Positions 10,467-21,683 of a DNA stretch of 64,000 nt are shown in pieces. The notes under the pieces were generated by a model. The model was not told where the DNA came from and made no database searches. It worked only from the letters and a program-made list of their open reading frames with translations. The DNA lies in NCBI GenBank assembly GCA_965206695.1, contig CBDBKM010000011.1:96001-160000 (forward strand), read 5' to 3'. This stretch comes from Chlamydiales bacterium (GTDB lineage Bacteria; Chlamydiota; Chlamydiia; Chlamydiales; JAAZZY01). Within the stretch, counting starts at the first letter, position 1. Every line of letters begins with the position of its first letter. The translations under genes and the position numbers were made by a program.

Positions 10467-11531
10467 ATGAATAAGACTTTAGATGTATTTTCTAAACATT
10501 CGCCCTGGTATAAGAATCAAAATAGTATTTGGCTGGCTTCGACATTAAAGGTATATCGGAATTTAGAAAAGTATAATTTTCCTTCAAAATTAGACAATAC
10601 CAGAAGACAGCAAATTATTCGGGTTATACAAAAAGAAATACTTTCTTCTACTCATCTGAACGCTCCGACTTGTTTATTAGGGGAAGATCTTGAACCGGTT
10701 GATAAGGAATTTTTATTTGAGTATTTTCTATCAACCAATTCTTTTCATCATGCTTCTTGTGGAGAAGGTTTTATAATAGATAAAGACGCGCGTTTTTTAG
10801 CTACATTGAACATCAAAGATCATTTGCAGTTGGAACTAATAGATTCTAGAAATGAACTGGAAGAGAGTTGGAATCAATTATTATGTATAGAAAAAAATAT
10901 CGAGAGTTCCATTAACCTTGCCTTTTCTCCAAAGTTTGGTTTTCTTACGGCAGATCCTTTTATTTGTGGAACAGGCTTTATCATTTATACTTATTTACAT
11001 GTTCCGGCTCTTATTCATACTCATAAACTTAATGAAATATTAGATACTCGAAAAGAAGAAGGTATTATTCCTGCTAGTATGGAAGGGGGCATGGAAGATC
11101 ATTTAGGCGATCTTTTAACTTTGCACAATAACTATACCTTAGGTGTATCAGAAGAAAAATTAATTAGTTCAATGCGAGCAACCACCATTTGTTTTATTAT
11201 GGCGGAAAAAAGTGCTAGAGAACGCATTAAAAATGGTGATAATAATGAAATAAAAGATATCATCAGTAAAGCTTTTGGAGTTTTATTACATTCTTATCAA
11301 TTAGAAACAAAAGAAGCTGTTAGATGCTTAAGTCTTTGTAAACTTGGTGTAGAATTAGAATGGATAACCGGCGTTAAACTTCAAGACGTCAATGAATTGT
11401 TCTTTACTTGTAGAAGAGCTCATCTTTTAAAACGATATTCTAATAATATCCCTCTTGAAGAAATACCTCGAAAACGAGCTGAATATATTCATGAGAACTT
11501 AGCACGTGCTAAGTTTACTTGTGGATCTTAA
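10467..11531 (+). CDS. mcsB: Protein arginine kinase McsB-like (ATP:guanido phosphotransferase family)
   Basis: NIKDHLQL, FGFLTADPFICGTG and LHVPAL motifs. Confidence 0.88.
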   Translation: MNKTLDVFSKHSPWYKNQNSIWLASTLKVYRNLEKYNFPSKLDNTRRQQIIRVIQKEILSSTHLNAPTCLLGEDLEPVDKEFLFEYFLSTNSFHHASCGEGFIIDKDARFLATLNIKDHLQLELIDSRNELEESWNQLLCIEKNIESSINLAFSPKFGFLTADPFICGTGFIIYTYLHVPALIHTHKLNEILDTRKEEGIIPASMEGGMEDHLGDLLTLHNNYTLGVSEEKLISSMRATTICFIMAEKSARERIKNGDNNEIKDIISKAFGVLLHSYQLETKEAVRCLSLCKLGVELEWITGVKLQDVNELFFTCRRAHLLKRYSNNIPLEEIPRKRAEYIHENLARAKFTCGS

Positions 11532-11544
11532 ACGTAATTTTAAA

Positions 11545-13926
11545 AAAAGTTCCGGTTCACTTTCGGCTTTAGGCAATCAGAAAATTTAGCTTATGTTCTG
11601 AACCATTGTCTGCCGTTAATGTATAAACGTTATCTTTAATAGGTTTTAAGCACTCAATGAAGGCATTAGCAACACCACAAGATTGTTTAAATTTTACCTT
11701 TACAACCGACATTCCTAGACCGTAAGATATTTTTTTTGAATTAGAATTATAGATTGCCTATCCTGTTACTTTTTATTTGATACAAGGAGAAAAGTTATGC
11801 CGGAAGTTGCAGGAGATAATATTCAAACAGTGAACATGGATCACCATGGATTAATTGCAGCACTTTGCAGCGATCTAAAGGTAGCGGAAAGGATTGATAC
11901 CGGATTAAAAAATCATCCACAAAGAAAAGTAAGTGCGGGACAGGCAGTAATTGCAATGATTCTGAATGGATTAGGGTTTACTAATAGACGTCTCTACCTA
12001 ACACATCAATTTTTTGCTTCTAAATCGATAGAGAATTTACTTGGCAACAATCTTCGAGCAGAAGATCTCACAGATTATACTTTAGGTCATGCTTTGGATG
12101 ATATTGCGAAATATGGGAGCAGTAAATTATTTGCTGAAGTTTCTTTTGGAATAGCCCTAGACCATGATTTACTACAAAAAACGCATCATCTAGATACAAC
12201 AAGCTTTTCCGTTCATGGGTCGTATGAAGTGAAAGATGATCCGCAAGTGATTGAGATTAAGCAGGGTTATTCTAAAGATCATAGACCTGATTTGAAACAA
12301 GTTGTACTTTCTCTCGTTACCAATGGTCCGAGTTCTATGCCTCTATGGATGGAAGCCTTAGACGGCAATAGTTCTGATAAAGCAAGTTTTCATGAGACGC
12401 TCAAAAAAATCAGTGAATTTCAACAACAGATTGATGTAAAAACAAAGTTTAAGTGGGTTGCCGATTCAGCGTTATACACAAAAGAAAAGCTCTTAAAAAA
12501 TAATGATTATAAATGGCTCACCCGAGTTCCCGAGATAATAGGAGAAGCAAAAAGATTAGTAGAAAAACCGGAAGAAGAAATTGATTGGATTGATCAGGAG
12601 AAAGGATATAAAACATGCAGCTTCACCTCTTTTTATGGAGGGATTAAACAAAGATGGCTTTTGGTTTTTTCAGAGCAAGCCTATCAGAGAGAGATAAAAT
12701 CATTAGAAAAAAAATTGACCAAGGCAGAAGAAAAGCTCAAGAAACAACTTTGGCATTTGGGTAATGAGGAATTTAAATGCGAAAGTGATGCTAAAAAAGC
12801 TTGGGGCAGATTGACTAAAAAAAATCATTTATATTCCATGAATAGTGAGATATTGCCGATTCTAAAATATGGTAAATTAGGCAAACCTAAACAAGGAGAG
12901 GAAAAACAAGTTGTTGGATACAAGATTCATGCTAGCTTTGAAAGGGAAGAAGAAGAAATTAATAAACTGATGAATAGAAAAGGACGGTTTATTTTAGCTG
13001 CGAATGACACCGATAGAGAAAATTATAAAGATGAGATGATGTTAGAAGAATATAAAGAACAGCAAAAGGTTGAAGGAGGGTTTCGCTTTTTAAAAGATCC
13101 TTGGTTTATGGTTGATTCTATTTTTTTAAAAACCCCTCGACGCATTGAAGCATTAATGATGGTTATGACATTGTGTTTAATGGTTTATAATATCGGACAA
13201 TATCAACTTCGACAAAAATTGATAGAAACAGAAGAGACATTACCCAACCAATTAGGAAAGGAAGTCAAAAATCCAACATTAAGATGGATTTTCCAAATTA
13301 TGGAAGGTATCGGAATAATCCGTTTTTTTCAGAAGACTTCCCGGAGAATTTGTAAAGAAATGATCACAAATTTAACCCGTCTTCGGAAAAAGATTATTGT
13401 TTTGTTTGGAAAGACTGCAATGAGGATGTATGGCTTAATTAGAAAAACTTGTTTAGAGGTCTAGGAATGTCGGTTTACAAGCATCGTATATTTAGAGGCA
13501 CGATCAATGATAAATACAATTGCTCCTTGGTGATTGTTACCTATGATTGTCTCTCATTCAAAATTTCCTATTCTTATTTTTTTATCGACAAGGCCAGGCC
13601 TCTCATTAATATCAATCCTATCTGAAATACATCCTCGACCTGATTTAAAAGATCCTCGTCTTGTATATCCTACCTTTGTGTCTTAAATTTTTATACTGAT
13701 TTAAGTTGAAGAATTGACAAATTGAGTTGGACTAATCATTCTAAAATTATCTGTCATTCGTTCTTTTAAAAGATCAGAATAGTTACTGATCAAGTTTGCA
13801 AGTTTCTTTAATTTGACGATAAGCTATTGAGCGTTGTTCTGCAGATTTTTTTTGTGCTGAAAAATAAATATCCTGTCGGCTGTCACCATTTCTTTTTAAC
13901 TCTCGATAAACGGTAGACCTGCTTAC
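11545..13926 (-). pseudogene. Degraded IS30-family transposase, interrupted by IS1634
   Basis: Minus strand gives VSRSTVYRELKRN...TMLVKVKFKQSCGVANAFIECLKPIKDNVYTLTADNGSE, homologous to the IS30 ORF at 29339; rejoins in frame across the IS1634 target duplication. Confidence 0.8.
11706..13473 (+). mobile_element. IS1634-family element, copy 1, intact (transposase 11797..13464)
   Basis: IR CCGACATTCCTAGACC/GGTCTAGGAATGTCGG; 7-bp duplication TTTACAA; HLDTTS and GYSKDHRPDLKQ motifs. Confidence 0.95.
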
Positions 13927-13928
13927 TA

Positions 13929-14097
13929 AGACCTCTGCATAACTGACTTGATACTCTTGTTTTAAAACTCACTGATTGTCTAAACTTATTTTTCATTTAT
14001 TTTGATAAATTTTACAATAAGCAGTTTTTTTATTATGGGTGCAAAGCATCGCATAGGCGCCAAGAATCGTTGTTAGAAATCAGTTATGCAGAGGTCT
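13929..14097. mobile_element. 169-bp MITE (left of blaOXA)
   Basis: Terminal IR AGACCTCTGCATAACTGA/TCAGTTATGCAGAGGTCT; near-identical inverted copy at 15213..15381. Confidence 0.85.
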
Positions 14098-14098
14098 T

Positions 14099-14268
14099 GT
14101 TAAGGATGTATGTGGGTATCTCTTAGAATAATAGAACATTTCCTACAGCACAGGGGGATGACATCTTAGCTAAAGCATCATCAGTTTTTTTCCCAAAAGC
14201 CCTGTTAATGTCCCCGATAGGTTTAACTTAGAGAAACAGACATAATTTATTAAAGAATATGAAGCATG
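14099..14268 (+). pseudogene. Internal fragment of IS630 type B
   Basis: Reverse complement of about 16372..16541, with substitutions. Confidence 0.7.
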
Positions 14269-14308
14269 AAATGTACATGAGTACATTAGAGACCGTAATA
14301 TGGGCTTC

Positions 14309-15097
14309 TTAGACATGTTCTTTCTTTTTTCCTTTCATTATACCCGACTCTTCTATTAGTTTTTTAACCCTTGGGATCCTTTGAGCCGGATCTATTTCCC
14401 TATCACGGATGTTGTAGGCAAAAGTAAAATAGTAACCGTCTCTTTCAACCCATCCAATGAACCACCCAATATCTAACTTTGTACTATCCTGTTCATTGAT
14501 AGACCCCATTCCTGTTTTCCCAAATAATTTCCATCCGGCGGGGAATTCCTCGATATACAAAAGGGACTTTGTTGTTTGAATAGCGTTTAATGAAATAAAA
14601 ATATTTGTATGGACTATCTTATTTAAGAAATGAACCTGTTCCTTAGGAGAAATTTTTAAAGAAGAACTCAGCCATGCCTGTGTTATTCCCCCGGTCATAT
14701 CCTCATTCCCATATTCAAATAGTGTCAGATAGTTTTGGATAGCCTTTATTCCCATTGCTTTAGTTAAGATTTGTGAATACCAAACACAGGAATTCCGAAT
14801 CCATGACTTAGGTGTCTGAGATGTTTTCCATGATTCAATATAATCAACATACTCTTTTTTAAAATCCAGCGTTGGCCTCTTTTCATCTATTAAGAGTCCT
14901 GTATCATAGCCCATTAAGCTTAAAGCAATCTTAAATGTAGAACAGGGGGTTACGCGTTCATTGATATGAGGGCCGAGCTCAAAAACGATGTCATCCGTTG
15001 TAGCATCAAGAAGAAGAAAATTTTCTTCTGATGAAAAACCAAGAGAGGCTAAAGAAATAAATAAGACGCTTAGAACTGAAAGCTTGTGACGAAGCAT
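14309..15097 (-). CDS. blaOXA: Class D (OXA-type) serine beta-lactamase with signal peptide
   Basis: STFK, SCV (SxV), YGN and KTG motifs; WLSSSLKISP and GWFIGWVE; hydrophobic N-terminal signal. Confidence 0.88.
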   Translation of the reverse strand: MLRHKLSVLSVLFISLASLGFSSEENFLLLDATTDDIVFELGPHINERVTPCSTFKIALSLMGYDTGLLIDEKRPTLDFKKEYVDYIESWKTSQTPKSWIRNSCVWYSQILTKAMGIKAIQNYLTLFEYGNEDMTGGITQAWLSSSLKISPKEQVHFLNKIVHTNIFISLNAIQTTKSLLYIEEFPAGWKLFGKTGMGSINEQDSTKLDIGWFIGWVERDGYYFTFAYNIRDREIDPAQRIPRVKKLIEESGIMKGKKKEHV

Positions 15098-15129
15098 TAT
15101 GACACCTAATTTTAAAAAGATTGCCAGCG

Positions 15130-15158
15130 AGATTAACCTTTTAGACGTTAATTGACAA
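15130..15158 (-). promoter_or_regulatory. Putative promoter for blaOXA
   Basis: TTGTCA-17 nt-TAATCT on the minus strand, 33 nt upstream of ATG. Confidence 0.4.
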
Positions 15159-15212
15159 GCTTTTTAAAATAAGTAAAATGTAGCAAGATCAGTTTTATCA
15201 TCAGTTAAAAAA

Positions 15213-15381
15213 AGACCTCTGCATAACTGATTTCTGATAACGATTCTCAGCGCCTATGCGATGCTTTGCACCCATAATAAAAAAATTTCTTATTATAAAA
15301 TTTATCAAAATAAATGAAAAATAAGTTTAGACAATCAGTGAGTTTTAAAACAAGAGTATCAAGTCAGTTATGTAGGAGTCT
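15213..15381. mobile_element. 169-bp MITE (right of blaOXA), inverted relative to the 13929 copy
   Basis: Reverse complement matches 13929..14097 with few substitutions; outer IR degenerate (AGTTATGTAGGAGTCT). Confidence 0.85.
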
Positions 15382-15383
15382 TT

Positions 15384-15560
15384 AATACAATGATTGCAAG
15401 AAGACGATTTCATATAGAGCAGGCTTTCGGTACTTTAAAAAGAGAATATTGTATGGGTAGAGCTTCTTATTTTTTTCGATTAAAAGTACCGAAGGACAAC
15501 TTTATATGAAAGCTTTGTGCTTTAATTTGAACAAGGCTTTAAGAAGGATTATGATGAACC
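15384..15560 (+). pseudogene. IS5-family (IS1106-like) transposase C-terminal relic
   Basis: NTMIARRRFHIEQAFGTLKREYCMGRASY, then frameshifts. Confidence 0.65.
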
Positions 15561-15790
15561 GGAGGGAGGGCGCACTATTATCTATCAAATATTTATTTTA
15601 GTTTACAATTAACTTGATTTGTTGCAACATTATTATTAATCGTTTAAATTATTTACTACTATTATGTGATTTTATGAATTCAGTTAACAATGCACATGGC
15701 GATAAGCTCTTGACCAATTTACCTACTGCAGAAAGAGTTATGTATAACTTGAGAAATAGGCGGATAGAAGTTATTCCTATTAAAAGCGTA

Positions 15791-16805
15791 TATACTCATT
15801 CACATTGGAAGCCGGACAGGATTGAGTTCCGGCACTTGAAATGTATCATTCATTCGTGTCTTAAGCTTGTCTCTTAAAATCGGAATTTTGTCTTTAAAAA
15901 ACTTTCTTACCTCTAATTCAAACTCAGTAAATGTATCGTAAAATTTATTATAAGTAACCGTCTCTTTCATCACTTTCCAAAGCCTTTCTATTGCATTTAA
16001 ATTTGGAGAATATGGGGGTAAATAGAGAAGCTCTATACGTGAAGTCGTTAAATATTCTTGAATCAGTTTGTGTTTTATCGGCTCTTCCGTTATCTAAAAT
16101 AACATATATTTTTGAAGCCTGTGAAGGCTTCTCTAATCCTTTTAAGAAGTCAATGACCTCACTTCCTCCAATCGTGGAGTATTCTTTTGACCTGATTATC
16201 ATATCCTCAAGTCGTGAAACTCCAATAATAGGCATTCCGGTTTGCTTATTTGTGGTCTTAAGCGTTTTCTTAACCCCTTTTGGGATCCGGCCACATACGG
16301 ATTGGGATTGATAATCAGGGTGTACTGCATCAAAAAAATAGATCTCTTCACTATTTTGAAGGCCTGCTTTTAATGCTTCCTATTCTTTAATAAATTGTGC
16401 CTGTTTCTCTAAGTCAAGCCTACCGGGGACATTAACAGGGCTTTTGAAAACAAAATGATGATGCTTTAGCCAAGATGTCATCCCTCCTGTGCTGTAGGAA
16501 ATGTTATATTGTTCTAAGACATACGCACATACATCCTTAACCTTCTATTAAGTGTATTGAGAAAAATGGTCCACCGGTTCTTTAGTTTGCAGTTTGGATA
16601 ATTTACCGGCTGATCCTCCCTTGGGATCAGGCCCCGGACCGTCATCTCGTGCAAGAAGCACACACAAACGATTACGTTCATTTATATCACGGGTCTTTTT
16701 TACCTGAAATTCAAAAGTGCTTCTTTGATTGGGAGTTAATCGGTTCATGCAACACTAATATCATATTTATACTTTTTTGTGTACCTTTCAGTAGTGAAGA
16801 GTATA
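15791..16805 (-). mobile_element. IS630 type B, degraded
   Basis: TATACTC.../...GAGTATA ends at TA; fragments MNRLTPNQR... and IYVILDNGR; multiple frameshifts. Confidence 0.8.
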
Positions 16806-16843
16806 TACATTAGGAGCCGTTCAATTCCTTGCAGAGTCTGTTA

Positions 16844-17943
16844 TATACCCCTTATGAATCAAAGTGCCGATTCTAAGACTTGAAAATGATCATTGATTCG
16901 TGTCCTCATTGATTGAGCAATAGAGGGCCAAGTATTTTCAAAAAATCCGGTAATCGATCTCCGAAATTCTTTAGCAGAATTAAAAAACCGATTATTGCGA
17001 CAATATTCATTCATCACTTTCCATAATCGTTCAATAGGATTGAGGTTAGGACTGTAAGAAGGTAAAATAATAGAGAATAATACCTTGTTTTTCTGCTTCT
17101 TGTTTGGTCTGAATACTTGTATTATAAGGACCTTGATCTAAAATAAGATGGATATTTGGAGCTGAGGGATATTTTGACCGTAATAAAGCAAAATGTTTTG
17201 CCATGGTACCGCTATTTAATGTTTCATAAGCATCTATTGTTACCTTCATACTGTTTAAATTGATAGACCCCATAAGATTCATTCGAGTTCTAGAAGCTGT
17301 TGTTGCGATTAATTTACTTGTTCCCGGTCGAATCCAACCATAAGAAATTTTAGTTGCCATAGTTGGATGTACACCATCAGCAAATTCAACAGGCTCATTT
17401 TTAGGCAGAGATGCCATAAGCTTGGTGTAAAATTGCATCCAAGCTTTTTTGTTGATCAGAATTTGCCTTAGCCGGTGTACCTTTAGGCTTTTTATAGGAA
17501 AAACCATGTGAGTGTAGCCAAGAAGTCATCCCTGAAATCGTATAAACAATGCCATATTTCGCGAGAACATAAGAACAGATATCTTCTACTTTGACATAGG
17601 TATGAGTTGTTAAATGTTTAATGAATTCTTCTGACTGTGGTGCAAGAAGTTTACTGACTGAACCACCGCTTTCTACATGCAATTGCTGTTTATTTTGATA
17701 TTCTTTAATGTGACGAGACACTGTTTCATCGTCTAAAAGCACAGCTTCAGCAATACGAGTATTACTCCAACCTTTATTCGACAATAGAACAGCCTTGATA
17801 CGATCTCGTATACGACCATTCTTTTCTCGTTTATGTTGCTGTCTGAGATGCTTTTCTTCTGATAGTGTTAAAAATGAATTCATACAAAATAATTTACACT
17901 ATACGAATACAAAATATCCGGAGTTTTATTCGTGATGAGTATA
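16844..17943 (-). mobile_element. IS630 type C, frameshifted (ORFs 17401..17883 and 17046..17507)
   Basis: RDRIKAVLL HTH, FADGVHP, YGWI and LILDQGPY motifs; TATAC/GTATA ends. Confidence 0.85.
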
Positions 17944-18879
17944 TAGTCATTTAATTTTATATTGATAAGATTGCTTGATCAATGGCGAATTTAAAATTCG
18001 TAACTTTTCGTAATATCTCTCTAACTTTATTTTTCATATTAGCCCAATATTTTTCTATAGGATTTAAGTCCGGAGAATATGGAGGAAGAAACATAAGCTT
18101 ACAACCGGCAGATTCTACTGTTTTCCTGCTTTCCGCTGACTTGTGAAAACCGGCATTGTCAAGAATAAGAACACTACCGGGTGTAAGCTGAGGAGTCAAA
18201 ACTTCCTTAAGCCAAATATTGAATAACCCGGTATTACAAGTACCTTCAAAACACATTGGAGATAAAAACTGCCCTTTAGATTAGGGCTGAAATAATATTT
18301 TGCCTTATAAAGCGGTTTCCTGAAACCGCTCCAAAAACTTTTTTGCCGCGTAAGCTTCTTCCGGACTCACGAAATAAAAATTGATGAATCCCGGTTTCAT
18401 CGAGATAAATTCTCTTGTCAAAGGGAATATTTTTTAAATCTTTCATAAAAGCTTCCCGTTTCTTTTCATCTCTTTCCTTATAGCGAGTAGTTTTTTTTTT
18501 CGTGTAATTTTTAATCTTTTAAGGGCATAAAAAATCGTTTGCGGAGTGACTGAAAAATAATCAGCAATTTCCGATAAAAAATAATCCGGATGTTTTTCTA
18601 CATATTTAGATAACAACTCATCATCTAATTTCTTATAAGCATATTTTCTGCGGATTGGCTTTAAATGTCCTTTTTGCTTTTTTTGCAAGATCCATCGATA
18701 TATTGTTGCGATACCTACTTGAAAAATATGGCCGGCTGTTTTTTTATCATGATGTTTTTCTATATGTTGTCATACTTTCTCTCGGAGATCTACTGAATAG
18801 GCTCTAGGCATTGTTTTGTCCTTATTGTTTGTATAAAAAAAGAAGGATAACATATTATCAAATAAAAATTAAAGTACTA
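17944..18879 (-). mobile_element. IS630 type A, copy 1 (early TGA plus frameshift)
   Basis: Ends TAGTAC.../...GACTA at TA sites; YLDETG, LILDNA and PPYSPDLNPIE motifs. Confidence 0.95.
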
Positions 18880-19157
18880 TAGTTAAAAGAGTTTCTCATT
18901 TCTAAATTAAAACCCGGACAAAGGGTTAACCAATTCTATTGGCTGGGCATTATCTATGCTATCGAATTAGTGATAAAAATTATCATTTAAAGCACTATAA
19001 ATCATTTCTAGCCCTATAAATAGCCCCTTCACCTTAAATCCTCTTAATTTAAAACTCTGAATCGGGATATACTGGAGTTTTGCCGGTTTTCCAATCACTT
19101 TTCATTCTATGCAACAAAATATTTTTTCAATTTTTTAAACCAAAGAATTTCAATACA

Positions 19158-20942
19158 ATGTCTTCACTTATTAATTGCCAATCGATTTCTAAAAGCCACG
19201 GATCTAAAATTTTATTCAAAACAATCACCTTAGGTATTCATCAAGGGGATAAGATTGGCATGATTGGCCCTAATGGAGCGGGTAAGTCAACTTTTTTTAA
19301 AGTATTAATGGGCATAGAAAATCCTGAAGAAGGAAAAATTATCAAACAAAGAGATCTTCGTATTGGCTATGTCTCACAAGAGTCTACTTATCCGGATCTA
19401 ACCATACAGAAAATTCTACTCTCATCCTTTAAAGGGCAATCAGACATACCTGATTATGAACAAGAGACCCTTAGTTGTATTATTCTCTCCAAAGTAGGTT
19501 TCAATGATTTCAATCAAAAGGCTAGTGCATTATCCGGGGGATGGATAAAAAGACTCGCCATCGCTAAAGCGCTTATACTATCACCGGAACTTTTATTATT
19601 AGATGAACCTACTAACCATTTAGATCTAGAAAGTATTATTTGGTTAGAAGCTTTTTTAGCTCGTCTTAATTGCAGCTTTATGTTAATCAGTCATGATCGC
19701 TATTTCCTGGAAAACAGCTGCAACCGCATTATAGAACTAAATCCCGCATACCCTAACGGGTTTTTTTCAGCATCCGGTAAGTACTCCAAATTCCTTGATA
19801 AGAGAGATGATTTTTTAAAAGGACAAAAAGAATATGAACAATCTCTATCCTCAAAAGTAAGAAAAGAAATCGAATGGTTAAAACAAACCCCCAAAGCTCG
19901 TACGACTAAATCTCACTCACGCGTTGATGAAGCTAATCGTCTTATTAAAGAACTCTCACAAGTCAAACAACGAAACCTTGATAAAAAAGTAGATATTAAT
20001 TTCTCATCTTCTGTCCACCAAAGCAAAAAATTAATTACCTTAACTAATGTCAGTAAAACAATGGGCTGCCACCCTCTTTTTCAACATTTGAATTTGACTC
20101 TATATAAAGGGATTCGTTTGGGCATTGCAGGAAGAAATGGCACTGGTAAAACCACTCTTTTGAAAATTTTAGCTAAAGAACTAAAGCCTGATACGGGCAA
20201 GGTCAACTACGCAGATAATTTACGTGTCGTGTATTTCGATCAAAAACGAGAACAACCGGACCTCTCACTCACCTTGAAAGAAGCCTTATCTCCTGCAGGG
20301 GAATTCGTAACTTATAAAGAAAAGAATATCCATGTAAGATCTTGGTGTAAAAGATTTTTATTTTCTCCTGATCTACTAGATCTTCCAATAAGAAGCCTAT
20401 CCGGTGGAGAAAGGGCTAGAATTTCAATAGCAAGACTCATGCTCAAATCGGCAGACCTTCTGCTCCTTGATGAGCCTACCAATGATTTAGATATTCAAAC
20501 TCTTGAAATTTTAGAAGAGAGCTTAGAACAATTTACAGGGGCTATCGTTTTCATTACCCATGATCGATTCATGTTAGATAATCTGGCCTCTTTAATATTA
20601 GGTTTAGGCATTTCAAATGAAGACACTCTTTTTGCTGACTACAAAAAATGGGAAGAAGCATCAGCAGCTAATTCTACAAATGAAAAAACGATTAGCAAAA
20701 AAACTACTTCTAACAAGAAAAAAAGCCTCTCTTATAAAGAAAAAAAAGAATTACAAGAAATTGCCGCCCACATCTCTAAATTAGAAAAAGAAATGGAGGT
20801 ATTAACAAAACAAATGGAAGATCCGCTCATTCAGTCTCAATTAGAAAAAGTGATTAAAATTGGTCAACAATTAGATCAAATACAAAAAAAAATTGATGGG
20901 TTATATCAACGTTGGGAAGAGCTGGAACAGAAAAGCTCTTAA
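19158..20942 (+). CDS. uup: ABC-F family ATPase (Uup-like)
   Basis: Two ABC cassettes (GPNGAGKST/LLLDEPTNHLD and GRNGTGKTT/LLLDEPTNDLD); C-terminal LSYKEKKEL...RWEELE coiled coil; start moved to MSSLINC. Confidence 0.88.
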   Translation: MSSLINCQSISKSHGSKILFKTITLGIHQGDKIGMIGPNGAGKSTFFKVLMGIENPEEGKIIKQRDLRIGYVSQESTYPDLTIQKILLSSFKGQSDIPDYEQETLSCIILSKVGFNDFNQKASALSGGWIKRLAIAKALILSPELLLLDEPTNHLDLESIIWLEAFLARLNCSFMLISHDRYFLENSCNRIIELNPAYPNGFFSASGKYSKFLDKRDDFLKGQKEYEQSLSSKVRKEIEWLKQTPKARTTKSHSRVDEANRLIKELSQVKQRNLDKKVDINFSSSVHQSKKLITLTNVSKTMGCHPLFQHLNLTLYKGIRLGIAGRNGTGKTTLLKILAKELKPDTGKVNYADNLRVVYFDQKREQPDLSLTLKEALSPAGEFVTYKEKNIHVRSWCKRFLFSPDLLDLPIRSLSGGERARISIARLMLKSADLLLLDEPTNDLDIQTLEILEESLEQFTGAIVFITHDRFMLDNLASLILGLGISNEDTLFADYKKWEEASAANSTNEKTISKKTTSNKKKSLSYKEKKELQEIAAHISKLEKEMEVLTKQMEDPLIQSQLEKVIKIGQQLDQIQKKIDGLYQRWEELEQKSS

Positions 20943-20961
20943 CCCAAGAAGAATTTTATAT

Positions 20962-21046
20962 CTTTGGAGACCATGTTAAATTAATGTTTTGTTAACAATG
21001 GTTGATGAATTAGGAATCTCTTCGATTTAGGATCGGGAGCTTTAAA
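20962..21046 (+). ncRNA. Orphan, degenerate TnpB omega-RNA/IS605 right-end copy
   Basis: CTTTGGAGACCATGTTA...GATGAATTAGGAATCTCTTCGATTTAGGATCGGGAGCTTTAAA aligns with the right end of the tnpB element at 48866..48955; no tnpB ORF adjacent. Confidence 0.7.
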
Positions 21047-21054
21047 GGTATAGC

Positions 21055-21091
21055 TTCGGATAATCTCAAGTTAAATTTGAGATTATCCGAA
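21055..21091. repeat. Perfect 15-bp inverted repeat (hairpin)
   Basis: TTCGGATAATCTCAA-GTTAAAT-TTGAGATTATCCGAA. Confidence 0.85.
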
Positions 21092-21303
21092 ATGCCACTA
21101 AAAATATTCGCTTTCTTCGATATCTTTAAGAGAAATCGTTGTTTACCTTGATATTACTCTCGATTCGGACTGTATCCATATTGTATCTTATTCAATTTCC
21201 AAATAAAAAATAGCAGTCTATTTAACAACAAAATGAGGGTCTTTACAATAATCTTTTTTAAGGATAAATTTTGGTTGATATAACCATTCAAAGGAGATGG
21301 CAT

Positions 21304-21669
21304 ATGGTTTACATCACTCCTTCTTCATCAGAGCATTCGCATACAACCAATAATCCCGCTTTTCAAAAGAATGATTTGCAAGGACAAGAATGCCCTATCA
21401 GTCCGAATAAAATTACTTACTCTTGGATAAATAAACGAGAAATAGGTAAAGATTTTCCGGGTTGGGGTAATCGATATGAAAGAGCTAGTGCTTTTACAAA
21501 TGGCATTCTAAATTTATTAGCGCATCGATCTCAAAAAAGTGATGATCAAGCTAATGATTTATATAACAAGGCTGTTACCAATCATTATTGGGAAAGCTTT
21601 GAAGGACATGCCTTGTTAGCTACTTTAGCCCTATCATCAGCTAAAAATCTTTTAAAAGAAGACACTTAA
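21304..21669 (+). CDS. Hypothetical protein with Ser/Thr/Asn-rich N-terminus
   Basis: AGGAG before ATG (MVYITPSSSEHSHTTNNP...); no recognisable family. Confidence 0.45.
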   Translation: MVYITPSSSEHSHTTNNPAFQKNDLQGQECPISPNKITYSWINKREIGKDFPGWGNRYERASAFTNGILNLLAHRSQKSDDQANDLYNKAVTNHYWESFEGHALLATLALSSAKNLLKEDT

Positions 21670-21683
21670 AAGAAGCTTAAGTT

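Noticed and set aside
14309..15097. BlaR1/MecR1 sensor domain
   Set aside because: It has SxV rather than SxN, a cleavable-type signal peptide, no membrane protease domain and no blaI neighbour.
13927..15383. Target-site duplication proving the MITE-bla-MITE unit transposed together
   Set aside because: The outer flanks belong to different IS relics and do not rejoin, so joint mobility is unproven.
15614..15877. 87-aa ORF as a complete gene
   Set aside because: Its 3' third is read-through into the IS630-B right end, so it is chimeric.
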